Shown piece after piece: positions 62,201 through 64,000 of a stretch of 64,000 nt of DNA. The notes below the pieces were generated by a model. That model saw only the letters and a list, made by a program, of their open reading frames with translations, was not told the origin of the DNA and ran no database searches. The stretch's first letter is position 1. Every line of letters begins with the position of its first letter. Source of the stretch: Botryllus schlosseri (lineage: Eukaryota); assembly GCA_051294905.1 (NCBI GenBank), contig CM119372.1:6696001-6760000 (forward strand), read 5' to 3'. The position numbers were made by a program, and so were the translations under genes.

Positions 62201-64000
62201 TGTCCATCACATCTGCAACGTCTTCAGTAGGCGTGTCTGTAGGACATACAACACGGGCCGTTACTCACGGGCTTTCATAAAATCATCTATCATAACCTAC
62301 CTAATCCGTTCGGTACCATATCATCCAACATGTCGCCGTTGAAGTTACCGCAGAGACCGCAAAGGCTTCCTTGCCATTTCTCGGCGTTGGACACGTGGAT
62401 ATAAAAAGAAGACTCTCCGTCCCAAGTGATGTCAAGGCCGAACAACTGCCCGTATAAGACAATGTAGTCGGTGTATGGGATCGTCTCAATATGCACGCCG
62501 TTATAGAAACTTGGGATATTGATTCTTAAAGTGAAATTCGCGAGATAACACGGCTTCGACTGCTTGAGGTGAAAACGCAATATTTACTCTTCCTGGTTGA
62601 ATGTCGCTTTTCCTTGACTGAGTTCGATCATCATGTCTATGTTCGATATTCTCAAAGTGGCCTTCCCTTCCTCATTGTAGATGAGGCTTATGGAAAACGA
62701 GTCTGACTTGCAGTCTCGCACCACGTAGTAATGACAACGTCCGGTCGATGAGTAAAACACGCCATCGAAGGTGTGGTAATGTTCCCCTTTCCAGATAGCG
62801 CAAGTGCTGCCTTTGAGTGGCTCGTATCCAATAACTAAAACAAAATACAGCGTGACGGGAAGGTGCCTAACGGTTGGTGTGATTAGTGGACGCGGGTGCA
62901 TCCAACTGCCATTTATAGCAAGCCCTCCTGCAAGACGTGTACACTGTACAGGTCAGTTCTAAAGTTAATTTTATAGAATGACGTTTTTATTTACTAGAGA
63001 GAACTTCCCATCTCTTCAGGATCAGACGCAATGAACGCAATACATGAATACCACAAGAATGAAATGCGTCTCCAGACGCAAGTAGTTAAGGTATTTTATG
63101 GTGTACGTTGCGCGACTTCGCGTCATCCGACGCACACTAGAACTATAGTTACACAATAATAGGCAAACAGCGCTGGCACTAAAGGTATGATGGATTGCAT
63201 TGGGCGGAAAAGTTATATTACTTAATTCAATAGATTATTGGCTTATACGTCGCCGCCCAGAATGCCAACAAATCACTTTTTACTGCCGCAGAAAACCAGG
63301 TCCGGATGTGGCGCAAGGTCCTTAATAGTTATGATGTTACGGTGAAAACTTTTATGTTTTGTGATGACCATTGAATCAGGTGTTGTTATGTCTGTTCATT
63401 GTATGATTACAAGTCAGATCTTTCAACAGTTTTGAAAATACATCTTCGGTGGGCGTCTGGGCAGTATAATTTGTGACCCGATTCGTATTTTATGAGGTTT
63501 ATGGAGACTGATATTTTTCACCCGCTTCTCCCCACCCATTATGTATATATTCGTCGGTCATAGAGTTCATTCATATTTCGTGTGTTTGTTATTCGACTAG
63601 TTTTCGCACTATTTACTATTTATTCCATTCTGCAATGATTAAGTAACTTACCTTCCGATTCGCCATCTCCTTCGCCCGTCGTTGGTACTTCTAAAATATA
63701 AATTTTAGAAATGATGAGGTTGCCAAGTTTAAGCTACTGGTATAACTGCAGATACCAAGTCTAGAATATTATCGTCATCTTCCATCACACCCGCAATAAT
63801 ATAAACCGGGATTCGAACGATACTATATTATTATATCTTACTACTCGCTGCCGTCATAGTAAACTGAATGCCTTTTTATAGAAATGATCGTCGAGGCTTG
63901 CCTTCCGCTCAAATCATTACTGTATACAACTGTACGTTCAAGTGTACATGCACGGTTAGCATAATATTGATGATAAATTAGAACATTACCTGCACCGCTC
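38250..64000 (-). CDS. Gel-forming mucin / von Willebrand factor-family secreted protein (D1-D2-D'D3-D4-VWCn-CK plus a unique C-terminal extension); 5' end outside the window
   Basis: About 40 exons. D1: 62834-62588, 62524-62301, 62236-62115, 61799-61580. TIL/E: 60693-60459. D2: 59607-59436, 59372-59216, 58873-58773, 58710-58582, 57857-57694, 57626-57505. TIL and D': 56571-56334, 56061-55844. D3: 55439-55225, 55161-54988, 54926-54759, ~54512-54408, ~54348-54116, ~53312-53090 ([29 protein letters not shown]). Mini-PTS: 53026-52854. D4: from 52199 ([12 protein letters not shown]). TIL and VWC-like exons ~49950-41495. A 2853-nt exon at 41433-38581 and a last exon at 38519-38250. A donor at 63989 shows the gene continues. 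Confidence 0.93.
38307..38450 (-). repeat. Coding 18-bp repeat x8: K-S/T-P/S-K-S-K/E
   Basis: Last mucin exon: [48 protein letters not shown]. Confidence 0.9.
38590..39255 (-). other. Gln/Gly/Ser/His-rich low-complexity coding region of the mucin
   Basis: [23 protein letters not shown](T/S)QGQIQ unit duplicated; about 220 aa. Confidence 0.88.
39289..39561 (-). other. CysD (WxxW-repeat) mucin domain
   Basis: [53 protein letters not shown] matches the MUC2/MUC5 CysD pattern. Confidence 0.93.
39565..40520 (-). repeat. Thr-rich PTS domain (TnPEP repeats), ~320 aa
   Basis: Imperfect (T3-12)PEP repeats within the open 2853-nt exon. Confidence 0.93.
40541..40680 (-). repeat. Acidic Ser-Gly repeat ([12 protein letters not shown]) with 15 Ser-Gly dipeptides
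   Basis: [48 protein letters not shown]. Confidence 0.92.
40747..41020 (-). other. Mucin/VWF-type cystine knot (CTCK) domain, internal in this protein
   Basis: [12 protein letters not shown]...[35 protein letters not shown]. Confidence 0.9.
44185..44347. mobile_element. Small foldback MITE in a mucin intron
   Basis: cagttagacaccacatttca / tgaaatgtggtgtccaactg (1 mismatch) plus a further internal inverted segment (gccaatatt / aatattggc). Confidence 0.65.
47947..48900 (+). mobile_element. hAT family A copy with expanded agtca arrays, 12 nt from a mucin 5' splice site
   Basis: Perfect TIRs cagtgttgggat / atcccaacactg; perfect TSD gcttctac at 47939-47946 and 48901-48908. Confidence 0.94.
59620..60420. 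repeat. Degenerate interspersed repeat family E (ctactt/agtag-rich) in mucin introns
   Basis: 60157-60187 is the reverse complement of ~47722-47752. Other blocks are shared with ~55480-55790 and ~60760-61400. Termini not defined. Confidence 0.5.

Overview
This is AT-rich animal genomic DNA with small GT-AG introns. It is probably an invertebrate such as an ascidian, but that is inference and cannot be proven from the window. Five protein-coding genes can be reconstructed by hand. (1) An ALK1/2-type BMP/activin type I receptor (ACVR1-like), minus strand, running off the left edge. (2) A KLHL12 orthologue with an intronless CDS, plus strand, head-to-head with the receptor. (3) A WAC orthologue, minus strand. 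(4) An SLC10 (ASBT/NTCP-family) transporter, plus strand, whose first exon adds a ~355-aa signal-peptide-bearing domain I cannot assign. (5) A very large gel-forming mucin/VWF-family gene, minus strand, running off the right edge. Introns and intergenic DNA are packed with non-autonomous hAT-type elements with 8-bp TSDs (several nested), foldback MITEs, LINE fossils and a decayed Kolobok transposon carrying a P2X7-ballast-like KolX gene. The most striking feature is the mucin. It has only a 29-aa PTS stub at the canonical site, and its cystine knot is not terminal. The knot is followed by a 15x Ser-Gly cluster, a ~320-aa Thr-rich PTS, a CysD domain, a Gln/Gly-rich region and a KR-flanked (KSPKSK)8 polycation. 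No rRNA, tRNA or CRISPR array was recognised. All exon calls are manual and were checked for reading-frame phase where stated.
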